A DNA stretch of 64,000 nt from Hyphomonas sp. (GTDB taxonomy: Bacteria; Pseudomonadota; Alphaproteobacteria; Caulobacterales; Hyphomonadaceae). A program made the translations under genes and the position numbers. The notes beneath the pieces are model-generated. The model saw only the letters and a list, made by a program, of their open reading frames with translations. It was not told where the DNA came from and searched no databases. Location: contig JBKBJF010000001.1 of the NCBI GenBank assembly GCA_046293935.1, positions 58,279 to 122,278 of the forward strand. Direction: 5' to 3'. Shown piece by piece: positions 10,077-20,031 of the stretch. Within the stretch, counting starts at the first letter, position 1. The number at the start of each line of letters is the position of its first letter.

Positions 10077-12467
10077 CTACTCAGCGGAAATCCGGTCTGC
10101 CGGCTCCGTCCGTCCCGTCGCCTTGGACGGCGGAACCTGCACAGCCACAGAGCCGGCGGGCGCCTTCGCCTTACGCTTGTCCTTGCCCGGCCAGCTGAAG
10201 ATCGAAGGCTTGGCTTCCATCTGGTAATATTTACGGTAGGCCTTGTAGGTGGCTCCCGGATCGCGGTGATGGCGACGACGGTTGAGATCGACCATGTTCA
10301 GCGTCACGCCCAGCACGTCGGCTTTGAACGTGCGCAGCAGTGCCAGAGACTGGCGGGCGGCCGAGCGAGCGGAATGACGCCAGCGCACAACCAGCATCGT
10401 CTTGTCCACCTTTCCGGCCACAACGCGGGCTTCAGCCATCAGCAGCAATGGTCCCGTATCGATCAGGATCAGGTCATACATCGACCGCAGGCGCGCCAGC
10501 AGGTCGTCAAAGGCGCGGGTGCCGAACACGTCATGCGGCGTGTGTCCGTTCGAGGACAACGGCAGGATGTCCAGCATCGTCTTGCGGTCCTTGATGATCG
10601 CATCGGAAAGCTGGCCGGTTCCGAACAGATGCTCGACAAAACCGATCTCGGGCTTGAGTCCGGCCGTTTCGGTCAGCTGGCGCCGGCGGAAGTCGCCGTC
10701 GATCACCAGCGTGCGTGAGCCCGACATGGCCGACATGCGGCCGAGCGAAAGGGTCAGGCTGGTCTTGCCCTCGTCCGGCAGCGACGAGCAGATGGCCACG
10801 GTCTTGGTCTCGCTGTCGAGGTCCGAAAAGGCGATGGCTGCCCGCAGGTAACGGATGCTTTCGGCATAGGCCGAAAGAGGGTTTTCGACCAGGAAATCCG
10901 CCGGGTTGGTCTGCGACAGGCCCAGGAAACTTGCCGTCCGGATGAGCGGCACGGAGCCTATGGCATTGGCATTCAGCTTACGTTCGACATCCTCGGTGGA
11001 GGAAATCTTCATGTCGAACATCTCGGCGATCAGGGCGAGGCCGCCGCCGATGATGGCACCCAAAAGGCAGCCGATGATGAGATTGAGCAGTTTTTTCGGC
11101 GAGCTCGGCGAATCCGGTACCGAGGCGCGTGACAGTATGTTTGCATCAGCCGTGATCAGGGCATCCTGCTCGCGGGTCTGTTTGGAGCGCGCCAGGAATT
11201 CCTCCAGAAGCAGGCGGCTTGTCTCGGCATCGCGCTCCAGCTCGCGCAGGCGGACCAGCGCCTGGTTGTTGCCCCGCAGCTGCGCCGTCGAGCGGTTGAT
11301 CTCTCCCTGGATGGAGGCGATCTGCGATTGCGCCACGCGCAGTTCGTTCTCCAGGTTTCCGGCGATACGCTGTACTTCGGCATCAATCTGACGATCGATA
11401 TCAGCCGCCTCGTTCCGGGCACTGATCAGTTCCGGGTGCTGCGGGCCAAGTTTGGTTTCGAGTTCGGCAACGCGGCGGTTGATGATCGCCCGCTGCGTCT
11501 TAAGTTCCGAGATCACGCCCGATCCGAGCACTTCGGAGATGCCATCTGCCCCGGCGCCGGAAGCAATCTGGCGGCGCATGCTTTCATAGCGGGCGCGGGC
11601 GCGGTCGAGTTCAACCTGCAGGGTGCCTTTCTGGGTGGTCATGTAGGCGATCTGCTGCTCGGTCAGCGTCGCGCCCTGAGCGGCGAGCAGCCCGGACTCG
11701 GCCCGGTAGCTCTCCACCCGGCGTTCCTTTTCCTCGACCTCTTCGCGCAGGCCGGCCACACGCTCGCCCAGCCATTCCGTGGCCTTGCGGGTCGCCTCGT
11801 ACTTCTCTTCGAGCTGCTGGACGCGGTACTGTTCCGCGATTTCGTCAGCCAGTCGCGCCGCGGTCTCAGGCGACTCGCTGGCCACTTCCACGGTGATCAG
11901 ATAGGTCGTGCCAACGCGCTTGACGCTGACCTTCTTCATCAGTTCTTCAACCACGCCATCGAGCACGGCTTTCTGCCGCTGCTCAGGTGACATGCCGGCC
12001 AGGGGATCCTTTTCCGGAGCGGCCCCGGTAAAAGCCTGAATGAGGCCTTGAACAGGGGACAGGAGCCCTTTCTCCTGCGGGCGGAGGGCTGTGTTGAACT
12101 CGGGATCTTCGACCAGCTTCTGCCGCTCGGCCACGCGCGTCAGCAGGGACTTGGAGCCAAGAACCAGGACTTCGGTGTCCACCACGGCTGTATTGGCAGC
12201 AAGGCCCGAGAAGATCGCCCCGAGATCGATGACGTTCTTTTCCTGCGTATTCAGCTGCACCACCGATTGAGCCTTGTAGATCGGCGTCTGGGTGAAAGTG
12301 ATGTAGGCAATAATGCTGAAGACTGTGAGAAACCCTGCCAGGATCAACCAGAAGCGGCGATATACGATACCGATCAGCGCCTTCAGATCGAGCGGAGGGC
12401 TGGGGGACATGTCTGCGCTGGCAGCGGTGACATTCGGCGGCAGTTCGATGGAGAAGGACTTGGTCAA
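10077..12467 (-). CDS. wzc: Polysaccharide co-polymerase / tyrosine autokinase (Wzc/ExoP)
   Basis: Two TMs around a coiled-coil periplasmic region; SSLPDEGKT, VIDGDFRR, LIDTGP; C-terminal Tyr cluster TYKAYRKYY. Confidence 0.93.
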   Translation of the reverse strand: MTKSFSIELPPNVTAASADMSPSPPLDLKALIGIVYRRFWLILAGFLTVFSIIAYITFTQTPIYKAQSVVQLNTQEKNVIDLGAIFSGLAANTAVVDTEVLVLGSKSLLTRVAERQKLVEDPEFNTALRPQEKGLLSPVQGLIQAFTGAAPEKDPLAGMSPEQRQKAVLDGVVEELMKKVSVKRVGTTYLITVEVASESPETAARLADEIAEQYRVQQLEEKYEATRKATEWLGERVAGLREEVEEKERRVESYRAESGLLAAQGATLTEQQIAYMTTQKGTLQVELDRARARYESMRRQIASGAGADGISEVLGSGVISELKTQRAIINRRVAELETKLGPQHPELISARNEAADIDRQIDAEVQRIAGNLENELRVAQSQIASIQGEINRSTAQLRGNNQALVRLRELERDAETSRLLLEEFLARSKQTREQDALITADANILSRASVPDSPSSPKKLLNLIIGCLLGAIIGGGLALIAEMFDMKISSTEDVERKLNANAIGSVPLIRTASFLGLSQTNPADFLVENPLSAYAESIRYLRAAIAFSDLDSETKTVAICSSLPDEGKTSLTLSLGRMSAMSGSRTLVIDGDFRRRQLTETAGLKPEIGFVEHLFGTGQLSDAIIKDRKTMLDILPLSSNGHTPHDVFGTRAFDDLLARLRSMYDLILIDTGPLLLMAEARVVAGKVDKTMLVVRWRHSARSAARQSLALLRTFKADVLGVTLNMVDLNRRRHHRDPGATYKAYRKYYQMEAKPSIFSWPGKDKRKAKAPAGSVAVQVPPSKATGRTEPADRISAE

Positions 12468-12535
12468 GGCACAGCCTCTGGAGCGGGAGGAACCGGAAGC
12501 CGGTGTGGGGTCCGGCTTCCTGGGAAAGGAAAACC

Positions 12536-13822
12536 TTACGGGTAGAGTTTCACGCCCGCGCCGATCAGCGTGACGCCATAGGACGGATCGCCGAATACGC
12601 CGGTGCCGGAAACATCACGCTCGCGGTTGCGAACGAAGGCTTCCCAGTGGACACGCTTGTTCATCTTGTAGGTTGCCACCGCACCAAACTCGAGGTTCTC
12701 GTCCTCGCGGCCGGTCTCCTCATACTCGTAGTTCGATACACCGGCATAGCCCGACAGGATAACGTTGCGCAGCAGTTCATGATCGACACCGGCCCCGAAG
12801 CGCGTTTCGATGGTGCTCGGCGAGTCGAATGCCCCGACATCAACCACGCGACGGCCGGCATAGAAGTTCACGGTCGTCAGCTGGGTCGGGAACCACTGCA
12901 TCCGGCCGTCCACGGAAAGGCCAGAGACGTCCCGGAAGAAGCTGTCATCCTTGTCTTCGTTCAGGTAGCCGACAGCGATATCCCCGCGCACGAGGGCCGT
13001 CAGCTCGAAGTCGACACCGGCAGCCACGGTGTAGCCGGTGGAGTCGCGCGAACGCGGGATACCGCCGAAGTCCTGGGTCTGGTCGTAGTCGCTCTTGCCG
13101 TAGGTTGCCTGCGTGAAGACAGCGAGGTTCGGAGAGACAGCGTAGGACAGGCGCGAGCGGCCCTCGAGCACGGAGCGGTCACGATAGTCCTGGTCGATGA
13201 CGACGCCGGTACCCCGGTCGCGGCCATCCTTGTAGTTCTCATCGCTCCAGCCGACGCTGTTGTTCCAGCGCACGCGGTCGTTCTGGTAATCGGCGCCGAG
13301 CGAAAAGCCGGTGCGCGTGTATTCGATCGGGCGATCGACTCCGAATGCGTTGACAAAGTCGGTGCGCGGTTCGGCGCGATCCTCGGCAAATACGGCCCCC
13401 GAGAAAGACAGCTCGCGCGTGGCATCCAGCCGGCCCCGCAGCTGGGCCGTCAGGTCAGTAGTCGATTCATCGCTGAGGTCGAGGAATTCGTTCCGGTAAG
13501 CCGAGGCATCGAAGCCGAGGGCATGGACGCTCCAGTCCGTCGTACCAGACACATCCACGCCGACACGGGCGACAACATCGGACTCCTGATTGTTCGGCGT
13601 CGCGAAGACGTTGTCATTAGAGGTCAGCCCGGCTTCGAGCATCGATTTGACGACAAAGGTACCGAGGCGCACCGGTTCCGGATCGAATTCCGGATGGGCG
13701 CGGTCGCGCACTGCCTCATACTTGTTGCGGCTGTAGTAGTTGTCGGTCTGGGCCACCGCGACCGGCGTTATCAGGGCACAGGCGGCAACACTCATCAGGC
13801 TCAGGCGTTTCAGATCGGACAT
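12536..13822 (-). CDS. EPS-associated outer-membrane beta-barrel protein
   Basis: Signal peptide (..PVAVAQ), NDNVFA motif, amphipathic strands, DHELLRNV, ends GVKLYP; lies upstream of wzc. Confidence 0.85.
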   Translation of the reverse strand: MSDLKRLSLMSVAACALITPVAVAQTDNYYSRNKYEAVRDRAHPEFDPEPVRLGTFVVKSMLEAGLTSNDNVFATPNNQESDVVARVGVDVSGTTDWSVHALGFDASAYRNEFLDLSDESTTDLTAQLRGRLDATRELSFSGAVFAEDRAEPRTDFVNAFGVDRPIEYTRTGFSLGADYQNDRVRWNNSVGWSDENYKDGRDRGTGVVIDQDYRDRSVLEGRSRLSYAVSPNLAVFTQATYGKSDYDQTQDFGGIPRSRDSTGYTVAAGVDFELTALVRGDIAVGYLNEDKDDSFFRDVSGLSVDGRMQWFPTQLTTVNFYAGRRVVDVGAFDSPSTIETRFGAGVDHELLRNVILSGYAGVSNYEYEETGREDENLEFGAVATYKMNKRVHWEAFVRNRERDVSGTGVFGDPSYGVTLIGAGVKLYP

Positions 13823-14111
13823 TTCACACTTCCCCAGTTTCACTGCGAGGCCGACATGGCCTGGGTTGTCTTCCGCAACCCGTGCAAGTTCAATACCATC
13901 CCGAATTCCCTGATTTTGCGGAATTTGGGCGCATTCCGGGGTTTACCCGCAAATGATTCGGAAATGAATATCGCGGGCCGGAATATTCGTTAACAAAACA
14001 GCTTATCCGTTACTTTACGGAGAGGTGGCGCTAACAAATGGAAACCTTCTCGGGCAAATCGAGTCGCCCAAGGACCAAGCAAAGTGCAGTAATCCCGGTT
14101 AAATCAAAGCC

Positions 14112-15290
14112 ATGCCGACCCTGAACCTCGCCCCTGCCTCGGTTAAGGACTATCGCCGCCTCGCCGAGCGCCGCCTGCCCCGTTTCCTGTTCGACTACCT
14201 GGATGGCGGGTCCTATGCCGAAGTCACGCTGGCCCGCAACGTGGCCGATTTCGAGCGCCTTGCCCTGCACCAGCGTATTCTTAAGGATGTGTCATCCCGC
14301 TCCACGCGCACCCGGCTGTTTGGTGCGGATTTAACCCTGCCCCTGGCCCTTTCCCCGGTCGGCCTGTCCGGCATGATGGCGCGCCGGGGCGAGGCCGCCG
14401 CGCGCCGCATCGCCAATGCATTCGGCATTCCGCTCTGCCTGTCCACCCTGTCCGTCTGCTCACTGGAGGAAGTGGGCGCCGCCGGTACGGGCCCCTTCTG
14501 GTTCCAGCTGTACATGATCCGCGACCGGGGCGCGTGCGCCGACCTGATCGCCCGGGCAAAGGCTGCCGGGGCTTCCGTCCTTGTCCTGACGGTCGACCTG
14601 CCGGTCGTCGGCACCCGCTACCGCGATGTCCGCAACACGATGAGCGGCGGTGGCGGCGTCTGGGCCAGCCTGCGGAAAGGCCCTCTTTCCTATGCCTTGC
14701 GCCCCCGCTGGGTGATGGAAGTGGGTCTCGGCGGCGGGCCGCACGTCCTCGGCAACGTAGCGCCGTATGTGCAGAAGGCCTCGACACCCGCCGACTTCTC
14801 TGCCTGGGCCAATGCCCAGATCGACCCGGCCATCACATGGGCTGATCTCGACTGGATCCGCAAGGAATGGGGTGGCCCGTTCGTGATCAAGGGCATCCTC
14901 AGCCGGGACGATGCACAGGATGCGGCCAGCGCCGGTGTCGATGGCATCATCATATCCAACCATGGGGGCCGGCAACTCGACGGCGTGGCCTCCTCGATTG
15001 CCATGCTGCCCCGCATTGCCGATAAGGTTGCCGGCCGGATGACTCTGCTGATCGATGGCGGGGTGCGCTCCGGGCAGGATATCCTGAAGGCGGTTGCGCT
15101 GGGGGCCGGCGCCGCGATGATCGGCCGGCCTTGGGTCTATGCGCTCGCCGGCGCAGGCGAGGCCGGATTGTCCTCGCTTCTCAAGTCACTGCATGATGAA
15201 TTTTCGGTGTCGATGGCACTTACCGGCACGACAGATGTCAGCCAGATCGGCCCCGGCGTACTCGATCAGGAGTCCGGGATCGCGACATAG
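14112..15290 (+). CDS. lldD: FMN-dependent L-lactate dehydrogenase / alpha-hydroxy-acid oxidase
   Basis: RRLPRFLFDYLDGGS, WFQLY, LTVDLP, SNHGGRQLDG, DGGVRSG. Confidence 0.9.
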   Translation: MPTLNLAPASVKDYRRLAERRLPRFLFDYLDGGSYAEVTLARNVADFERLALHQRILKDVSSRSTRTRLFGADLTLPLALSPVGLSGMMARRGEAAARRIANAFGIPLCLSTLSVCSLEEVGAAGTGPFWFQLYMIRDRGACADLIARAKAAGASVLVLTVDLPVVGTRYRDVRNTMSGGGGVWASLRKGPLSYALRPRWVMEVGLGGGPHVLGNVAPYVQKASTPADFSAWANAQIDPAITWADLDWIRKEWGGPFVIKGILSRDDAQDAASAGVDGIIISNHGGRQLDGVASSIAMLPRIADKVAGRMTLLIDGGVRSGQDILKAVALGAGAAMIGRPWVYALAGAGEAGLSSLLKSLHDEFSVSMALTGTTDVSQIGPGVLDQESGIAT

Positions 15291-16234
15291 GTCTGCGGCC
15301 CCTCGGGCTTGCGGCCGGCCAGGATGTTCTCGTCCGGCTTGCGATGCTCCAGCTGGGCTTTCAGCAGGATCGGAAAGGCTTCAAGCTGGCCGCGGGCATA
15401 GCCCCAGTCGAACACCCAGTAGGCATAAGGCCTCCGGGTAAAGATCGGCCCGAACATCAGCAGAACCGCCGCGCGCGACAGCCGCCACAAGCAGAAGGCC
15501 AGGTAGCGCCACCAGGGGCGCATGCCATAACGCAGGTGCAGGTTGATGTGTCCTTTTCCCCAGGTGCGTGCCTGACGGAAACGCCCCTCGGCAGTATCGC
15601 GCAGCCGGTAGTGCACCAACGCCTCCGGCACATAGGTCAGCTTCATCCCGGCCAGCTGGACGCGCCAGCAATAGTCCACGTCCCAGGCCGTGCCGATCCA
15701 GTCGGTCGGATCCCCGACGCGCTGGTAGCAGGCCCGCGTCATGCCGATCGCGTTGCAGGCCGCGAAAGGCATGTGAAGGGGGCCGACCACTGCCGGCAGC
15801 CCTTCTCCGCGCGCCTGCAGGCCGCGATCCTTGCCCCAGGTCATTTCCGGCGGATTCAGCTTTTCATACTCGAGCGCCGGCACGGCAAAGTCGCAGGTCT
15901 CCAGCGCCTTCACCATGTGCTTCATCCAGTCGGGATCACATTCGTCGTCGGACTCGCAGACGAGGATCACATCCCCCTTCGCAGCGCGGAAGCCCACCGT
16001 GTAGGAATGGCCGACCGTTCCACGCGGCCCGTGTCCGGCATAGGCCTGCACCACACGGATCGGCAGACGTCCGGCATAGCTCATTGCCAGTTCGACCGAA
16101 TTGTCGGTGGAGCCGTTATTGACGAACACCAATTCCCATTCGCCCCGGTAGGATTGCGCCACCAGAGAGTCGAGCATCACCGCGAGCGTAGATGCTCCGT
16201 TGTAACAGGGAAGGACAACGCTGACGAACATCAA
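15266..16234 (-). CDS. Glycosyltransferase family 2
   Basis: SVVLPCYN, VNNGSTDNS; the DxD position reads CESDD; WDVDYCWRVQ. Confidence 0.85.
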   Translation of the reverse strand: MMFVSVVLPCYNGASTLAVMLDSLVAQSYRGEWELVFVNNGSTDNSVELAMSYAGRLPIRVVQAYAGHGPRGTVGHSYTVGFRAAKGDVILVCESDDECDPDWMKHMVKALETCDFAVPALEYEKLNPPEMTWGKDRGLQARGEGLPAVVGPLHMPFAACNAIGMTRACYQRVGDPTDWIGTAWDVDYCWRVQLAGMKLTYVPEALVHYRLRDTAEGRFRQARTWGKGHINLHLRYGMRPWWRYLAFCLWRLSRAAVLLMFGPIFTRRPYAYWVFDWGYARGQLEAFPILLKAQLEHRKPDENILAGRKPEGPQTYVAIPDS

Positions 16235-16465
16235 AGGTCTTCCAGACCAGGGCTAGAGGGCAGATCGCCATCAGTGCAAATTTGTGGCCACATTCAGGCT
16301 GAAAACTCAAGACGGGATTGCGTCATGCGAGCGGCCGGGCTCAGGGCAGCCCGTTAAATTTTCATGGCCCGAACACCTGCCTGATGCCTGGCCTGTGTTC
16401 GCGTGATAGGAGAGAACCTCTGGCACGCCGGATGCATTCAGGGACCGTGTAGGGAGCTCCATTCC

Positions 16466-17518
16466 ATGGCCATGAAAGTTCTGTTCACCGGCGCCGACGG
16501 TTACATCGGCACGCTTCTCGGTCCGTATCTGCTGCAGAGGGGGATCGACGCGGTCGGTCTCGACACCGGTTACTACCGGTCCGGCTGGCTCTATCCGACC
16601 AATGCCCCTCGCCCGAAGATCATCTCCAAGGACATCCGCGACATCACAACCGAAGACCTGAAGGGTTTCGATGCCATCGCCCACCTGGCGGAACTGTCCA
16701 ACGATCCGCTGGGCCAGCAGGACCCAGCCCTCACACATGAAATCAACCATGGAGGCTCGGTGCATCTGGCCAACATGGCGCGTAAGGCCGGGATCAGGCG
16801 CTTTGTCTACATGTCCTCCTGCTCCGTATACGGTGTCGGCAAGCCCGACCAGATTCTCGACGAAACGTCTGAGGTGAACCCCCAGACCGCTTATGCGGAA
16901 TGCAAGGTCAAGGTCGAGAACGACCTGACGAAGATGGCGGGCGGGGATTTCGAACCCTGCTTCCTGCGTAATGCCACGGCTTACGGCGCCTCACCGCGCC
17001 AGCGCTTCGACATTGTGCTCAATGACCTGTGCGGTCTGGCCTGGACGACGAAGAAGATCAAGCTCCTGTCGGATGGCTCGCCCTGGCGTCCGCTGGTACA
17101 CGCCCTTGACATGTGCCAGGCGGTGCACCTGTCGCTGACCGCACCGGCTGATGCCATCCGCGGTCAGAAGTATAACGTCGGCTCGTCCGCCCAGAACTAC
17201 CGTGTCATCGAAATCGCACAGATCGTGGCGAAGGAGTTTCCCGGCTGCGAGCTGGAAGTCGGCACGCAGGGAGCGGACAACCGCTCCTACCGGGTGAACT
17301 TCGACAAGATCGGCAAGGTGCTGCCGGAGTTCCGTTGCCAATGGACGGCCGAGCTCGGCGCCCGGCAGATGCGCCGCGTGTTCGAGAGCATCTCGATGAC
17401 GGAAGAGGACTTCCGCGCTCCGCCCTACACGCGTCTGAAGATGCTGATGAAGCTGCGCGGCGCGAAGCTGCTCAACGACAAGCTCTACTGGCAGATTCCG
17501 GAACTCGAAACGGTCTGA
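16466..17518 (+). CDS. NAD-dependent nucleotide-sugar epimerase/dehydrogenase (extended SDR, StrP-like)
   Basis: TGADGYIG, HLAELSNDPLG, SSCSVYG, YAECK, RNATAYGASPRQRFD. Start reset to the ATG at 16466. Confidence 0.88.
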   Translation: MAMKVLFTGADGYIGTLLGPYLLQRGIDAVGLDTGYYRSGWLYPTNAPRPKIISKDIRDITTEDLKGFDAIAHLAELSNDPLGQQDPALTHEINHGGSVHLANMARKAGIRRFVYMSSCSVYGVGKPDQILDETSEVNPQTAYAECKVKVENDLTKMAGGDFEPCFLRNATAYGASPRQRFDIVLNDLCGLAWTTKKIKLLSDGSPWRPLVHALDMCQAVHLSLTAPADAIRGQKYNVGSSAQNYRVIEIAQIVAKEFPGCELEVGTQGADNRSYRVNFDKIGKVLPEFRCQWTAELGARQMRRVFESISMTEEDFRAPPYTRLKMLMKLRGAKLLNDKLYWQIPELETV

Positions 17519-17523
17519 ATTCC

Positions 17524-18861
17524 ATGATCATCGTCGACACGGCCCTGAAGAAACGTGAAGCCGAAGGCCGGCCCATCCGGGTCGGCATGATCGGCGCTGG
17601 CTTCATGGCCTCAGGCATTGCCTTGCAGATCGCAAAGTCCGTCCCCGGAATGGTGCTATGCGCGATTGCGGCCCGTAAGCCGGAACGCGGCGTTGCGGCC
17701 TTCGAAGCCAGCCGCACGGGAGAAACCGTTCTGCGGGCTGAAACAGCCTCAGAGATTTCGGCCGCAATCCGGGCCGGCAAGCCGGTCGTCACCACGGATC
17801 CCGGCGCGCTTGCACGCGCAGAAGGGCTCGACGCCATCATCGAGGCCACCGGCTCGATGGACTATGCGCTCGAAGCGGTCGAAGGCGCGCTGGAAACCGG
17901 AAAGCATGTGATCCTGATGAATGCCGAGCTCGACGGCACTGTCGGCCCGCTGCTGAAAGTCAAGGCCGACAAGGCCGGCGTGGTGATCACCAACGTCGAT
18001 GGCGACCAGCCCGGCGTGCAGATGAACCTCTACCGGTTCGTGAAGTCCATTGGCGTGAAACCGGTACTGTGCGGCAATATCAAGGGCCTGCAGGACGAAT
18101 ACCGCACACCTGAGACTCAGCGCGGCTTCGCCGAAAAATGGGGCCAGAATGTCAATATGGTCACCTCGTTCGCGGACGGCACCAAGATCGCGTTCGAGCA
18201 GGCCATCGTTGCCAACGGCACCGGCATGCGCGTGGCGCGCCGGGGCATGATCGGACCGGACCCGACCCACAAGAACCCGTCCGTGCCGCTGCGGCCGCTC
18301 GAAGAATTCGTTGAACTGCTCGCGCCGCACATCGACCCGGACGGCCCCGGGATTGTCGACTTCGTCGTCGGCGCACGGCCCGGCCCTGGCGTGTTTGTTC
18401 TGGGCACGCACGATGATGCGCGGCAGGCGCACTATCTGAACCTGTACAAGCTTGGCCAGGGGCCCTACTACCTCTTCTACACGCCCTATCACCTCTGCCA
18501 TTTCGAAGTGCCGCTGACCGTGGCGAGGGCCGTGCTGTTCCAGGATGCCGCGCTCACACCGCTCGGCGCGCCGCAGGTCGGCGTCATTGCACTCGCGAAG
18601 CGCGACCTGAAGGCCGGGCAGACGCTGGATGGCATCGGCGGATTCGACACATATGGACAGGCGGAGAATGCCCCCGTGATCCACAGAGACCGCCTCCTGC
18701 CGATGGGCCTTGCCGAAGGCTGCGTAGTGAAGCGCGATGTGGCCAGGGATACCGCGCTGACATTTGCCGATGTCAGGGTCCCGGCCGGCCGCAAGATCGA
18801 CGCTTTCTATGCTGACATGGAACGGCATTTCGGTCTCGCCCCCACCAGCGAAACCGTCTGA
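17524..18861 (+). CDS. Homoserine-dehydrogenase-like NAD(P) oxidoreductase with C-terminal SAF domain (StrU-like)
   Basis: IRVGMIGAGFM, MNAELDGTVGP, DGDQPG, SFADGTK, FYTPYHLCHFE, AKRDLKAGQTLDGIGG (SAF). Start at the ATG at 17524. Confidence 0.88.
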   Translation: MIIVDTALKKREAEGRPIRVGMIGAGFMASGIALQIAKSVPGMVLCAIAARKPERGVAAFEASRTGETVLRAETASEISAAIRAGKPVVTTDPGALARAEGLDAIIEATGSMDYALEAVEGALETGKHVILMNAELDGTVGPLLKVKADKAGVVITNVDGDQPGVQMNLYRFVKSIGVKPVLCGNIKGLQDEYRTPETQRGFAEKWGQNVNMVTSFADGTKIAFEQAIVANGTGMRVARRGMIGPDPTHKNPSVPLRPLEEFVELLAPHIDPDGPGIVDFVVGARPGPGVFVLGTHDDARQAHYLNLYKLGQGPYYLFYTPYHLCHFEVPLTVARAVLFQDAALTPLGAPQVGVIALAKRDLKAGQTLDGIGGFDTYGQAENAPVIHRDRLLPMGLAEGCVVKRDVARDTALTFADVRVPAGRKIDAFYADMERHFGLAPTSETV

Positions 18862-18884
18862 GAGCGAACGATCCGGAGGCGCAT

Positions 18885-20006
18885 GTGACTGAGGCCGATA
18901 CCGTCGTCATCGGCGCAGGAGCCGTGGGCCTTGCCTGCGCTGCGGCCCTCGCCCGCTCTGGGCGTGATGTCCTGGTCCTCGAGGCTGCTGGCGCGATCGG
19001 CACGGGCACGTCCTCGCGCAACAGCGAGGTTATCCATGCCGGCCTCTATTATCCGACTGGCAGCCTGCGCCACCAGCACTGTGTCAATGGCCGAAGGCGT
19101 TTGTATGAATGGATGCAGTCGCGCGGTGTCGCGCACCGCAAGACCGGGAAACTGATCGTCGCCACGTCCGACTCTCAGATTGCAAAGATAGAAGGCCTCC
19201 ACGCGCAGGGCGAGCGTAACGGCGTCGAAGGCCTCAGCCTCCTCAGCGGTGCCGAAGCGATGGCGATGGAACCTGCCCTGTCCTGCAAAGCCGCTGTGCT
19301 TTCAGCAGAGACCGGTATCCTCGACAGCCATGGTTATATGCTCTCTCTGCAAGGTGAACTCGAGGATCACGGCGGCGTGATTGCCTTCCATGCGCCGGTC
19401 ATGGCTGGCGAAATCCTCAGTGACGGCCGTTTCCGCCTAGAGGTCGGGGGCGCCGAACCAACCGCGATCACCGCCAGAAGGCTGGTCAACAGTGCCGGTC
19501 TCTATGCCGTGCGCACGGCGCGTGCACTGGGCGGTTATGATCCCGGCCTTCTGCCCCCCTTCACGCTCGCCAAGGGCAACTATTTCAGCTGCACCGCGAA
19601 GTCCCCGTTCAGCCGGCTCATCTATCCGGCGCCGGTGGAGGGCGGGCTCGGTGTACACGTCACCCTCGATCTGGGCGGACAGATGCGCTTCGGCCCGGAT
19701 GTCGAATGGCTGCATACGGATGATCCGGATCTGATCGACTACCGCGTCGACATCCGCCGGGCCGACAGTTTCTATGCCGCCATCCGCGAATACTGGCCCG
19801 CCCTGCCCGATGGCTCGATCACAACCGCCTACTCCGGCTGCCGGCCGAAAATCTCCCTGCCCGGGCAGCCGGCTGCCGACTTCCGGATAGATGGGCCGGA
19901 TGTCCACGGCCATGCCGGGCTGGTCCACCTGTTCGGGATCGAATCTCCGGGGCTGACAAGTTCGCTCTCGATCGCAGAGGCTGTGACCGCCGCGCTGAGG
20001 GCCTGA
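18885..20006 (+). CDS. FAD-dependent L-2-hydroxyglutarate oxidase-like protein
   Basis: IGAGAVG, TSSRNSEVIHAGLYY, KGNYF, GLGVHVT, FGPD, GIESPGLTSS. Confidence 0.85.
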   Translation: MTEADTVVIGAGAVGLACAAALARSGRDVLVLEAAGAIGTGTSSRNSEVIHAGLYYPTGSLRHQHCVNGRRRLYEWMQSRGVAHRKTGKLIVATSDSQIAKIEGLHAQGERNGVEGLSLLSGAEAMAMEPALSCKAAVLSAETGILDSHGYMLSLQGELEDHGGVIAFHAPVMAGEILSDGRFRLEVGGAEPTAITARRLVNSAGLYAVRTARALGGYDPGLLPPFTLAKGNYFSCTAKSPFSRLIYPAPVEGGLGVHVTLDLGGQMRFGPDVEWLHTDDPDLIDYRVDIRRADSFYAAIREYWPALPDGSITTAYSGCRPKISLPGQPAADFRIDGPDVHGHAGLVHLFGIESPGLTSSLSIAEAVTAALRA

Positions 20007-20031
20007 TCCCGGTTCGGAGCTGTTGTCAGGC

